Shown here: piece by piece, positions 36,648 to 45,993 of the stretch
How the letters are laid out: each line of letters starts with the position of its first letter
Numbering within the stretch: the first letter of the stretch is position 1
Source of the DNA: Minisyncoccota bacterium
GTDB taxonomy: Bacteria; Patescibacteriota; Minisyncoccia; UBA6257; GWB1-50-10
Assembly (NCBI GenBank): GCA_041659005.1
Contig: JBAZZD010000002.1
Span: 25,817-89,816, forward strand
Direction: 5' to 3'
Length of the DNA stretch: 64,000 nucleotides
The notes under the pieces: model-generated
The model's input: the letters and a program-made list of their open reading frames with translations, nothing else
The model's database searches: none
Told to the model about the DNA's origin: nothing
Position numbers and translations under genes: made by a program

Positions 36648-36737
36648 GACCGTGCAATGCACGGTTTTTATTTGACAATAATTGTGTAATAATGCATAAT
36701 CATCGTAGAATTATTTAACATAACGATAGGAGAAAAA

Positions 36738-37403
36738 ATGAAAACGGTACAAGGAAGTTTGCCCGCAATTATTCGTAATGATAGTAATCTTTACGAGGGC
36801 AATCTCGCTAAATATTTTAGGGCGATCTTTTTAAATGCCCAAAATTTGAAATATCCTTATCACAACTTTCGTCACATGTTCCACGTGCTGTGGTTGTGTT
36901 ATCAGGCATGTGTTTTTTATCGTGGAGTATTACCTTCGCGAAAGATGCGCAATTTACTTATTGCAGCATTATTCCACGATTTCGATCATTCCGGCCTTAT
37001 GGGGAATGATGATTTGAACATTGAGAGGGCCATACGGGGACTTAAGAAATTTATCCTCGAAGAGGATAAGAAATATATTGAGGAGATTATCATATTAGTT
37101 CGATCCACCGAATTTCCTTATAAAGTTCCATCTGGAACTCTTTCGTTAGCTGAACGAATCATTCGGGATGCCGACATGAGTCAGGCACTCTGCGAAGCAT
37201 GGATTCAACAAATTGTGTTCGGCCTTTCGGCCGAGTGGAACAAAAAACCGATTGAGATTCTTGAAGCGCAAGGCGCGTTTCATAAAAATCTTGAGTTCCA
37301 CACAGAGTGGGCGCAACAAATGTTTCCGCAGAAAGCAATTGATGACAAAATTGCAGAAGCTCATGATCTTTTGGAGCTTCTCAAAGACGAAGAGCCCGCT
37401 TAA
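36738..37403 (+). CDS. HD-domain phosphohydrolase, class I PDE-like motifs
   Basis: YHNFRH, AALFHDFDH.G...N, IRDAD. Confidence 0.85.
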   Translation: MKTVQGSLPAIIRNDSNLYEGNLAKYFRAIFLNAQNLKYPYHNFRHMFHVLWLCYQACVFYRGVLPSRKMRNLLIAALFHDFDHSGLMGNDDLNIERAIRGLKKFILEEDKKYIEEIIILVRSTEFPYKVPSGTLSLAERIIRDADMSQALCEAWIQQIVFGLSAEWNKKPIEILEAQGAFHKNLEFHTEWAQQMFPQKAIDDKIAEAHDLLELLKDEEPA

Positions 37404-37417
37404 ATTTATTCCGCCGA

Positions 37418-37942
37418 TTAACCGGCGGATTTTTTTAGAATGGTGTTTATATATTCTGTTTTTTTACTATAATACTCGCGTGTGGAGAGTCCGCTCCCCT
37501 GTTCTTTTAATTGTTCGTATCGAGTAAGTTCTTTTGGGTGAGTTTTTAAATAGGTCTCAAACAAAATATGATTTTTCCAATTTGCTTTGCGTTTATTAAT
37601 TAAAAATACATCAATTCGCTTATTTTGTTTTTTAAAAGTAAATCGCACCCTTTCTTCTTTGTAGATACTTTTTGGATTTCCGAATAGTTTTGAAAGTTCT
37701 TTTGTGTATTGCTTGAATTGATTATTTAAAATCGGAACAAAAATATCAATTTCGTCTTGTCCTGAAATTTTGAGTGCTGTTGCTCCCCCATGCACTACTT
37801 CTTGAATATCAGTATTTATCTCAATTATTTTCTTAACGCTTTGAAATATCTTTTCTGCATTAGTATCAAACGGAACGATAGTTATTTTATTTTCGTTTGA
37901 GAGATGCCCAATCCATTGTTTCTGCTTTACGGTGAGTGACAT
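37418..37942 (-). CDS. GrpB/UPF0157 family protein
   Basis: HGGATA...G..EIDI, F..YL..HP.....Y..LK, Y..KK..I. Confidence 0.85.
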   Translation of the reverse strand: MSLTVKQKQWIGHLSNENKITIVPFDTNAEKIFQSVKKIIEINTDIQEVVHGGATALKISGQDEIDIFVPILNNQFKQYTKELSKLFGNPKSIYKEERVRFTFKKQNKRIDVFLINKRKANWKNHILFETYLKTHPKELTRYEQLKEQGSGLSTREYYSKKTEYINTILKKSAG

Positions 37943-37981
37943 TACGCCTATTATAGTTGAAAAAACGCATAAAAACGTGTT

Positions 37982-38737
37982 TTATTTCCTTGCCATCCAA
38001 TGCAATCTATGACTGCTTAATTTTATACTCTTCGTATTAAATCTTTTACTTATATTTTCTAGGTATATCTTATCTTTAATTTTATTGAAATGAGGAATTA
38101 TCGGAGCTCTCTCGAGAATTTCTATAACCTCATTTATCGAAGGATAAATTTGATAATACAAAAAATATTTTGATTCAATCAACTTCATTCCGGATTGTTT
38201 CAATAACTTCTTTACTGATTTGAGTTTCGTTTCTTGTATTGGATAATTTTGTCCTCTTCCAAAAATTTTCTTTAATTCACTTTTATCTTTTTCACCAATC
38301 GTTTCTTCAAACATAATTCCTTCTTTTTTAAGAACACGTGATCCTTCATTCATAAAATTGATATCTGCAGAAAGTGGACCCCTTGAACTAAAAATAATAT
38401 CAAAATATTCATTTTTGAAGGGTAATTTTCTTCCGTCCTCAATTCGGAAAGTAACATTTTTGATGCCATCATTCTTTTTTTGTTGCTTTGCAGTTTTTAT
38501 ATATTCTTTAAATGGATCAATACCAATAATTTTCTTGAAGTATGGAGAAAGTTTTAGAGTTAATTCTCCAGACCCGCATCCCACATCCAATACGTTAAAA
38601 TTTCTATTTGCATGTTTTTTAAGATATTCAAAAAAATTTGGCTGTTCGCCTTGAGTCAATCTTCCCTGTCCATGGAATTCATATTTTCGATATGTCCTTG
38701 AACTTTTCTTATAAAAATTATTATCATCCTTATCCAT
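37982..38737 (-). CDS. Class I SAM-dependent methyltransferase
   Basis: VLDVGCGSG, GID, LPF....FD.I.S.RGP. Confidence 0.93.
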   Translation of the reverse strand: MDKDDNNFYKKSSRTYRKYEFHGQGRLTQGEQPNFFEYLKKHANRNFNVLDVGCGSGELTLKLSPYFKKIIGIDPFKEYIKTAKQQKKNDGIKNVTFRIEDGRKLPFKNEYFDIIFSSRGPLSADINFMNEGSRVLKKEGIMFEETIGEKDKSELKKIFGRGQNYPIQETKLKSVKKLLKQSGMKLIESKYFLYYQIYPSINEVIEILERAPIIPHFNKIKDKIYLENISKRFNTKSIKLSSHRLHWMARK

Positions 38738-38868
38738 AAGCTTCATTCTATCAAAAAAACTTCCTCTTCTGCGACGCTCCGCATTTTGGCGAAAACACCG
38801 ATTCTATTTTTTGGCTGCGGGTGTTGGACGATTTTCGAACCAATCTCAAGAGCTTATAATTCTTCTTT

Positions 38869-39396
38869 TTAATATATTTTGAATTCTGATATGTTCAGTA
38901 ATTTTCTAATCTCTGTTGCTTGTTCTGCATTTTTTGTATTTTGTGTCGAAGTTTCAGAATCAAAAAAGGAATTTGATAGAGCCATAAGAATTGTTCCTGC
39001 TTTTAATGCATCTTCTTTTTCCATTTTTATGAGTTTAATAATATAAAAAAATGAATAAAAATTAATGTTGCTTGTTTTTACTTGTAAGAGTGCTGAAAGT
39101 TCCCGTATTCTACTTGAAGCAATTTTGTATTCTTCTTTCATGATGTCGCAAAAAATAGTATTTCCGTAAAAATTTGCATATTTGATTAAATCGACAGCAA
39201 TTTCTTCAACTATCTTTTTTTGGTTATTAATTGGTTTTAAATATTGATTTTCAATTATTCTCTGAAGTGAAAAAATAATTATTGCAATAATTATTGCGCC
39301 GAGAATATTACCGTTTTGCGTAATATATCGAAAACTCAAACCAGAAACAACGCCAGTAATAAAGATTAGAACAAGTAGATATAGATATTTCCTCAT
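38869..39396 (-). CDS. Hypothetical membrane protein
   Basis: Two N-terminal TM helices; operon-like with next two genes. Confidence 0.65.
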   Translation of the reverse strand: MRKYLYLLVLIFITGVVSGLSFRYITQNGNILGAIIIAIIIFSLQRIIENQYLKPINNQKKIVEEIAVDLIKYANFYGNTIFCDIMKEEYKIASSRIRELSALLQVKTSNINFYSFFYIIKLIKMEKEDALKAGTILMALSNSFFDSETSTQNTKNAEQATEIRKLLNISEFKIY

Positions 39397-39398
39397 TG

Positions 39399-39698
39399 TT
39401 AATTAATTTGTTTATTTTTGTATCGTTTTGCGATGAATCTCGCAAACAATCTCTTGTGAAAAGATGACATTTGTTTTACTGTTTTTTCTGCCTTGCGTGG
39501 GTTACTACTTTGAAAGGCTGCTAATGGTTTAAACCAAGTGCCACGACTTGTATATTTTCCACCCCAACCCCTCATATGCTCGTGCCATCGACGCCAAACG
39601 GGTCTTCGCGTCATTCCAGCATAAATTTGTTTAGATCCATCTGGTCTTGTGCTTTCTCCAAGATATACAGTTCCAGGTTTTGTTTTTTTAAAAAACAT
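39399..39698 (-). CDS. GIY-YIG nuclease family protein
   Basis: VYL, IYAGMT, RR..EH..G.GGKYT, AEK.VK. Confidence 0.8.
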   Translation of the reverse strand: MFFKKTKPGTVYLGESTRPDGSKQIYAGMTRRPVWRRWHEHMRGWGGKYTSRGTWFKPLAAFQSSNPRKAEKTVKQMSSFHKRLFARFIAKRYKNKQIN

Positions 39699-39702
39699 TT
39701 GA

Positions 39703-40095
39703 TTATTTCTTATAAATTTCTAATTCAATTTTTTTATCTATATCTAATAATGCCTGCTTCATCTCACTAATGACGTTGTGGTAAAAATCCCTCCTTTTTT
39801 TTGGATCTTTCTCATTTATTAAAAGATCAAAAGCGGAACAGACGTTTTGAGGAAATAGATATAAAAAATCAAAACACATTTCAGCTTCATAGGTTCCATT
39901 TTCCATACCATCTATAAGCTTCTCTTTGTATTCCTTAGTTTTTCTATCTAAGCTCTCCCTTTTATTTCGTAATGATTCAATTATTCTTTCTTTTTGCCAC
40001 TTTTTTAGATCAGAGCGTGAAGATATAATTTGAACTATTATTCCGATTAAACCTCCAATAATAACCCCAGTAAGGCCTATGATTGTTTCCGTCAT
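39703..40095 (-). CDS. Hypothetical protein with N-terminal TM
   Basis: IIGLTGVIIGGLIG then helical domain. Confidence 0.65.
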   Translation of the reverse strand: MTETIIGLTGVIIGGLIGIIVQIISSRSDLKKWQKERIIESLRNKRESLDRKTKEYKEKLIDGMENGTYEAEMCFDFLYLFPQNVCSAFDLLINEKDPKKRRDFYHNVISEMKQALLDIDKKIELEIYKK

Positions 40096-40424
40096 AACAT
40101 ATATGATAATCTAAAGAAATCAGACTGCAATAAGAGGGGGGCTTTTATGTTATTGTTGACACCAAATGGAGAAGAAATAATAATGTAAGAAGATAGTCTG
40201 ATCTTTGACGTGACAGCACGGGATATAGTTATGCTGAGCTCATATAGAGCTTGGCCAAACTCCAAATAAAAAGGTACAGTGCTAAAAGAAAGAAACCGAA
40301 AAAAGTATGCGGTTTTTTTGTTTTATACTGTGTTGGTTTACGTCGAAAATAGTGCTCATTTTCGACGCGATTCATACTCCTATTTATATTTGCACCTTAC
40401 GGTGCATTCTCCTTCGTTAAATCG

Positions 40425-40611
40425 GCTGCGGGACCGGAGTCGAACGTCGCTCGTAATTCACTCGCTCCCTAAAACCCCTCGGTTTTAGTATTTCCGCCAA
40501 GGAAGACTAAGTGTTCTTCCTTCGCCATCTCCTATTCGAATCCAGTATCCCACAAACGCAAGGCACAAAAATATCCGTTATTAATAACGGATATTTTTAT
40601 TGTGTGCATTG
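40425..40611 (-). repeat. tRNA-anchored hairpin unit ending in a copy of the tRNA-Gln 3' end
   Basis: Direct copy 40425-40445, inverted copy 40534-40553, hairpin 40563-40607. Confidence 0.75.
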
Positions 40612-40682
40612 CTGCGGGACCTGGATTCGAACCAAGATTGACGGATTCAGAGTCCGCTGTCCTACCATTAGACGATCCCGCA
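40612..40682 (-). tRNA. tRNA-Gln(CTG)
   Basis: Minus strand tgcggga...gcgga-ctCTGaa-tccgt...gttcgaatcc...tcccgcag; CCA not encoded. Confidence 0.96.
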
Positions 40683-40789
40683 ATTATATTTGTCCTACCA
40701 TTTTAGTTTATCCGCCGTAGGCGGAATCCCGCAATAACAGGTGAATATTACCAAAAAACCTATATAAACTCAAACCTAACAAACGAGTT

Positions 40790-41941
40790 TCATTTTTTAT
40801 GTGTAATCCCCTCTATACCCCCAAAAAAGAAAAATCTTTTTATATCATAGTCCCTTTTAATTTTCTTTAAATGAAGCGCTACTGCTTTGTCGTATGTAAA
40901 GTTTTTATCTAACAAAAGCTTAGATCCCTTAACTATCTCTGAGATTTTCTTTTTTAATAATTCATCAGAGACACAAATTGCTTTTTTGCCTTTATCTAAT
41001 AACTTATTACATTTCTTGTCCTTATCCATCATTGAAGGGTAAGAACCACATTTTGGAAGTACCGAATAAAATGGTAAATCATTAAAAAAGTATGCGGGCC
41101 AACGACACGTAGCAATTTCAAGCCAAGGAGTTCCCACAAGTGGAGGAATAAATGCAAAACCTGTGTGAGGTGAGATAAAAACGTCACATGTTGCAATAAA
41201 TGCTATTTGGTTCCATATGCCAACATCATAAACAATTTCAGCATTTGGTAATTGGTTTATTAGAAGATTTATTCTTACTAAAGAAAAATCACTTGTATCT
41301 GTTCTCCTATTATTACTTTTGCTTACGCCAGTAAAGTAAATTTTTAGATTTGGAATTGATTTGAAGAGTGCAAGACAAATTTTTAACCACATATCAATGC
41401 TCGGACTCTGTTTGGCGCCCGCAGAACCGCCAAGCATAATACAAATTTTCGGACCCCTATGTTTAAATTGTTTAGCAAATTTCTTTGCTTCTTTTGGAAT
41501 TGGAAGTGTAACTTTTGGATTAGGAACTATAGGCAAAATACTACTTTTGTGATATCCACTTTGTTCAACATATCCCTTATCAATTTTTGCGATTAGATGT
41601 TTATCAAGTATTTTATGTGCATTAATAAGATCTACGTCGTCATAGTCGAGGTTAAAATGACGAGCTCGATTATCAATACTGATATAATCCCATTTTTTTG
41701 GAATTTGTTGTATTGATTTTGCTTGTTTTCCAGATTCTTTAATTTCTTTTAACGATACGGAATATACCCTTTTTATCCACGGACAAGCTCTTGCTAATTC
41801 AACGGGAGAATCTGCATTGAGAATTAAATATATTTCTAAGTTTTTATTTGCTAGAAAATATGCCTTCGTAATTTTCAGAGGTTCAATAGCATGTCCTACT
41901 GGACGGTAGTATAGCCAGTTTACGAGAAGTTTTTTCTTCAT
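40790..41941 (-). CDS. Glycosyltransferase family 9-like protein
   Basis: VGH.IE, A..CPWI..V, CDVFISPHTGFAF....VGTP. Confidence 0.65.
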   Translation of the reverse strand: MKKKLLVNWLYYRPVGHAIEPLKITKAYFLANKNLEIYLILNADSPVELARACPWIKRVYSVSLKEIKESGKQAKSIQQIPKKWDYISIDNRARHFNLDYDDVDLINAHKILDKHLIAKIDKGYVEQSGYHKSSILPIVPNPKVTLPIPKEAKKFAKQFKHRGPKICIMLGGSAGAKQSPSIDMWLKICLALFKSIPNLKIYFTGVSKSNNRRTDTSDFSLVRINLLINQLPNAEIVYDVGIWNQIAFIATCDVFISPHTGFAFIPPLVGTPWLEIATCRWPAYFFNDLPFYSVLPKCGSYPSMMDKDKKCNKLLDKGKKAICVSDELLKKKISEIVKGSKLLLDKNFTYDKAVALHLKKIKRDYDIKRFFFFGGIEGITHKK

Positions 41942-42025
41942 TGATAAATTATAACAGGATTTTTGCTTATTTCCCCATTTGATATTGATAAAGTGTTTTA
42001 TTTATTGGATAATTTTAACGACCCA

Positions 42026-42553
42026 ATGAATGATAATAATATATATTTTATATCGGGAAGTTGTGGTGTGGGGAAAACTTCAGTATTGAAAGAATTAAAA
42101 AATAATTTATCCAAAGAGTTATACGACTTTCATGATCTTGATGAACGTGGATATAAATCAATTGAAGGATGGAGACAAAGTGAACTTAAGTTTTTCAAAG
42201 AGCAAGCAGAGAAAAATTTGGAAAAAGGTATTTCCACTTTTATTTCAGGGTTTTCTAGGCCCACCGAAGTTTTTGATTCTTTAAAAGAAAATAAATACAT
42301 TACATTTATTCTTCTTCACGCAGAACCAGAAACAATCAGAGAAAGGATCATTAATCGTTATCCCACAGAGGAAGGCAAAAAAGCATTTTTTCAAAAACAC
42401 AATAAGACCGTTGAACAGTTTTCTGACGATAATGCGAACTATGTCGCCACTCTTAAAAAGGATTTTGAATTATTCCCAATTCATGTTATTAACACCGACA
42501 ATTTTTCCCCAAAAGATGTTGCAGAGAAAATTATTGATTTTATAAAAAAATAA
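42026..42553 (+). CDS. P-loop nucleoside/nucleotide kinase-like protein
   Basis: GSCGVGKT, D.DE, R.R...R, INTD. Confidence 0.8.
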   Translation: MNDNNIYFISGSCGVGKTSVLKELKNNLSKELYDFHDLDERGYKSIEGWRQSELKFFKEQAEKNLEKGISTFISGFSRPTEVFDSLKENKYITFILLHAEPETIRERIINRYPTEEGKKAFFQKHNKTVEQFSDDNANYVATLKKDFELFPIHVINTDNFSPKDVAEKIIDFIKK

Positions 42554-42554
42554 A

Positions 42555-43790
42555 ATGAAAAAGACGATTCGACTTTGGTATTTATACGACTTTGCAAACT
42601 CTTTTGCTTCTATTGTTTTAATCTTTTACTATCCGCTCATGCTTACCGAAAGAGGTGCAAGTGACGCATGGATTGGTGTCTCCGCATCTATTGCTACTGG
42701 GTTGCTCATGTTGTTTCTCCCCTATTTTGGTAGTTGGTCTGATAGAACGGGACAACGAATATGTTTTATTAAAATCGCATCAATGGTAATGGTGGCATCA
42801 CTTTTTGTAATGGCTTTTATGATGCAAGGAATTAATTCGTTTAGTGTGCTTGCATTATGTGTTCTTTCATTCTTTTATATACTGTTTCAGGTTTGTTTTC
42901 AGGGATCATATGTTTTCTATTCAGCAATGTTGCGACAGATAACTACCACCGATAACAATGCAAAGGTGTCTGGAATTGGATTGGGGTTGGGACAACTTGG
43001 AAACGCTGTTGCGCTTGCAGTAATAGGACCAATTATTGGGACACCATTAATAATCGCTGGATTGAACGGAAAACCGCTGTCTCTTCTCCTTGGGGGTGTT
43101 TTGTTCGCATTTATTTCGATTCCCTTTTTTCTTCAGAAAGACACAAAGAGCACCCCAAACGAGACGCATTTTTTATATAAGAAGTTCTTTCGAAAGATCT
43201 ATAACGAAAAACGAATATTTTACTTTATTCTTGGGTATGCACTTTTGTCAGATGCCATACTCACTTTTCAACTTTATGTTGCTATTTATGTTAAACGAAT
43301 ATTTTTCTTTTCGGACCAACTTGTTACATACGCGGGTATTACTGGATTAGCATTTGGATTGGTTGGCGGATTTATGGCGAATAAATTAGCAATAAAACTA
43401 AAAGACAAGGAAAAGGCACTGTGGGTTTCTGCAATCTTATATGCATTTTGTTTTTGTCTGTGCGCTTTTATTCCACGAATTTCGTCGCTTGTCTTTATTT
43501 CCCTTGCTATTTGTGGGCTTGCGTATGGATTGCTATTTTCGTTGGCACGAACTGTTTACTCAGAAATTTCTCCCCATAATGAGCAGGCGGAGTTTTTTAG
43601 TATTTTTACTGTATTTGAGCGAGCCGCCTCAATTGTTGGACCACTCTTATGGCTTCTGATTTTTTTCTCACTTAGGGAATTTGGTGAAAATATTCAATAT
43701 CGAGGGTCGGTGCTCTTCTTGATTATTATTTGTTTGGTGGGGCTCTATTTTTTGAAAAAAAGTAGAAAATATTTAATTATTGCTAAATAA
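42555..43790 (+). CDS. MFS transporter (UMF1/ATG22-like)
   Basis: WYLYDFANS, G.WSDR.G.R, ERAASIVGP; about 12 TM. Confidence 0.9.
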   Translation: MKKTIRLWYLYDFANSFASIVLIFYYPLMLTERGASDAWIGVSASIATGLLMLFLPYFGSWSDRTGQRICFIKIASMVMVASLFVMAFMMQGINSFSVLALCVLSFFYILFQVCFQGSYVFYSAMLRQITTTDNNAKVSGIGLGLGQLGNAVALAVIGPIIGTPLIIAGLNGKPLSLLLGGVLFAFISIPFFLQKDTKSTPNETHFLYKKFFRKIYNEKRIFYFILGYALLSDAILTFQLYVAIYVKRIFFFSDQLVTYAGITGLAFGLVGGFMANKLAIKLKDKEKALWVSAILYAFCFCLCAFIPRISSLVFISLAICGLAYGLLFSLARTVYSEISPHNEQAEFFSIFTVFERAASIVGPLLWLLIFFSLREFGENIQYRGSVLFLIIICLVGLYFLKKSRKYLIIAK

Positions 43791-43934
43791 TATGAAAAAA
43801 ACATTACTTCTTCCTGTATTGTTGTTTTCGTGCTGATTACCACATTCCGCGCATGTCTTGCATGGTATCAAACGTCCTTGCATATTACCACATATAATTG
43901 ATTTTTCTTCTTAGTCAAGGTATAATGTTTAGGT

Positions 43935-44315
43935 ATGGAAAGGCAAAGGCATTCGCTCGAAAAAAATCACAAAAATAAGTCAGAAGACAGAGAGGCTAAC
44001 TTATCTCCAGAAGCATGTGTCAATTTGTCGGATGATATTTTGCGTGGAGAGGAGAAAAAACTAGAAACGAAGTTACGGATAATCAAGGGTTTACAGAAAA
44101 TGAATCTAACAGTAATGACTTGTATTGGTCTTGTTATTTTAGGTAAAGTTTTCGGAGGAGAAAATGAAGCTCGTCAACTATTACCTTTTATCGGTAGTAC
44201 TGTTGCTCTGGGAACATTTAATAATGTATTCCAGCACCTTGGTCCGAAGATCACCGAAAAACTAAATCGAGTACATGAGAAGATGAAGGGGTCGAAGATT
44301 GAACCGAAAAAATAA
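43935..44315 (+). CDS. Hypothetical protein with two TM helices
   Basis: Charged N-terminus; TATAAT 8 nt before ATG. Confidence 0.65.
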   Translation: MERQRHSLEKNHKNKSEDREANLSPEACVNLSDDILRGEEKKLETKLRIIKGLQKMNLTVMTCIGLVILGKVFGGENEARQLLPFIGSTVALGTFNNVFQHLGPKITEKLNRVHEKMKGSKIEPKK

Positions 44316-44332
44316 AAAATATATTTAATATT

Positions 44333-44647
44333 ATGGAACCAATTTCCAAATCAAATTCGCAGAATAAAATAAATGTTTTATCTAGCATTTTAGATTCGAT
44401 CGGCCTAACTTCCGATCAAAAAGTAAAAACACTGGATAACCTTTCGCGGGCAATATACTTAAACGTGCTTTATCAGCTAAGCGACAGACTTTCCGATAGT
44501 CAGAAAGATGAATTGGAGAAGAAACAGCCACAGGGACAGAAAGAGATTGCAGAATCCCTTTCAAGCTTTTTTGCACCGGATGAAATAAGCAGATCATTTG
44601 AATTCGCCTGTAATGATGTGTTGGGTAGATTTCTGGACAAGATATGA
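44333..44647 (+). CDS. DUF5663-like small acidic helical protein
   Basis: L..IGL...QK...L..L...I...V...L...LS..QK..L; similar pattern to 63647-63961. Confidence 0.6.
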   Translation: MEPISKSNSQNKINVLSSILDSIGLTSDQKVKTLDNLSRAIYLNVLYQLSDRLSDSQKDELEKKQPQGQKEIAESLSSFFAPDEISRSFEFACNDVLGRFLDKI

Positions 44648-44696
44648 GATTGGCATCTTCGTTTTCTGGTATTGAAGAAAGACAAAAGTAATATCT

Positions 44697-45233
44697 ATGC
44701 ACTGTTTACTTCTTCCTGGGTGGATGGAATCGTTGCACTTATATGAGGATCAAAAGGATCTCCATGTTTGTATTGGAAAATTAGACGGAGAGTGCACGTC
44801 TTCTGATTGTGTCGTGGGGTTAAGTCTAGGCACTCTTTCTGTTCTTAAAAGTATTAAACAGATTAAAGGGAAAATTATACTTGTTAATCCCCTACTTCCA
44901 CGAAGGAATATATTTAGATGGTTTGTCCAATGGCTTAATTATGTAACACACGAGGGACTTTTTTTAGAAAGACAAAAATTTACTAAAAATCCTATACGAT
45001 ATAGCAAAGAAATATTTCGTTGTGTACGGCTCTTGAGAACGGATTTTTCAATTATTTTTGACGACCCAATACAAAATAAAAATATTACGGTAGTTCATGG
45101 GAAAAATGACAGATATTTTTGTGACGAGCAAGCAGTGAAATTTCTGCGTTCAAAAGGAATTATGGTTATTGAGGTTGAGAGCGGACATAACTGGAATGAA
45201 GAGATAGAAAAGAGAATTTTCTCAATCACATAA
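44697..45233 (+). CDS. Alpha/beta hydrolase-like protein
   Basis: PGW, GLSLG nucleophile elbow, HGKND, GH.W. Confidence 0.7.
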   Translation: MHCLLLPGWMESLHLYEDQKDLHVCIGKLDGECTSSDCVVGLSLGTLSVLKSIKQIKGKIILVNPLLPRRNIFRWFVQWLNYVTHEGLFLERQKFTKNPIRYSKEIFRCVRLLRTDFSIIFDDPIQNKNITVVHGKNDRYFCDEQAVKFLRSKGIMVIEVESGHNWNEEIEKRIFSIT

Positions 45234-45279
45234 AAATAACGCCCCAATGGGGCGTTGTAAAATTGTGATAAAAAAGTTT

Positions 45280-45882
45280 TTATTGCGGAACTGTGTAACG
45301 TATTCCCATTGAATATAATGGGAATTTATTCGTCATGTCGTAACCAGCAGAAGCGTAGCATTTCCATCCGCTGTTTATTTGTTGTGTGTATTTTAAGTCT
45401 ACACACCGCTTCCATACTTTCGTAAAACCGAGTACTGCATACGTTGCATCAAAATTGAATGCTGAAATTGTAGCTGAATGATAATTAATAAACTCGTTCA
45501 ATTTCCATTCTGGTTTATCGGGAAGGCCGGCCATAATTCCATACCAATGTAGGGTCGAAAAGAATTTAACTGGTTGAAATGCAACTTGTACTCCACCCCA
45601 TGCAGCGTCTTTGTAGAATCCTGCAGTCACCCCAAGTTTTAGAGTTGGAATAAGTTTTGTCAGTTGGAACCGTCCATAAACACGGCTTTGATTTCCAGTG
45701 AGACGGAATGTAGTGTTTTCACTTTTGAATGCGACATTCATATCAATGCCGCTCGAAAGTATTCCTCTCCCAAAACTTATATCAACACTTTCTAACTTCA
45801 ATTCGTCCTGTGCAAATGCACGATTTGGAATGATAAAAGCGATAACGAGCGCAAGCAAAAAAACAGTTGATAACTTTTTCAA
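45280..45882 (-). CDS. Secreted beta-strand-rich protein (beta-barrel-like)
   Basis: Signal peptide AFA-Q, alternating hydrophobic strands, C-terminal YSMGIRYTV; TTGACA-17-TATAAT and AAGGAG. Confidence 0.6.
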   Translation of the reverse strand: MKKLSTVFLLALVIAFIIPNRAFAQDELKLESVDISFGRGILSSGIDMNVAFKSENTTFRLTGNQSRVYGRFQLTKLIPTLKLGVTAGFYKDAAWGGVQVAFQPVKFFSTLHWYGIMAGLPDKPEWKLNEFINYHSATISAFNFDATYAVLGFTKVWKRCVDLKYTQQINSGWKCYASAGYDMTNKFPLYSMGIRYTVPQ

Positions 45883-45993
45883 TTTCTTCTCCTTATTAAT
45901 AAATTAATGATGTCTGCATTATATCACCAAATATATAATTTGTCAATAATTCGTTATACATAAATATGTGCATTTTTGCGGTATACTATTCCT

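Noticed and set aside
40279-40720. ORFs 40279-40488 and 40511-40720
   Set aside because: They run through hairpins and antisense to tRNA-Gln
43792-43900. Short ORF MKKTLLLPVLLFSC and a 10-bp direct repeat attaccacat
   Set aside because: Too short to call; possibly a gene remnant, with no further support
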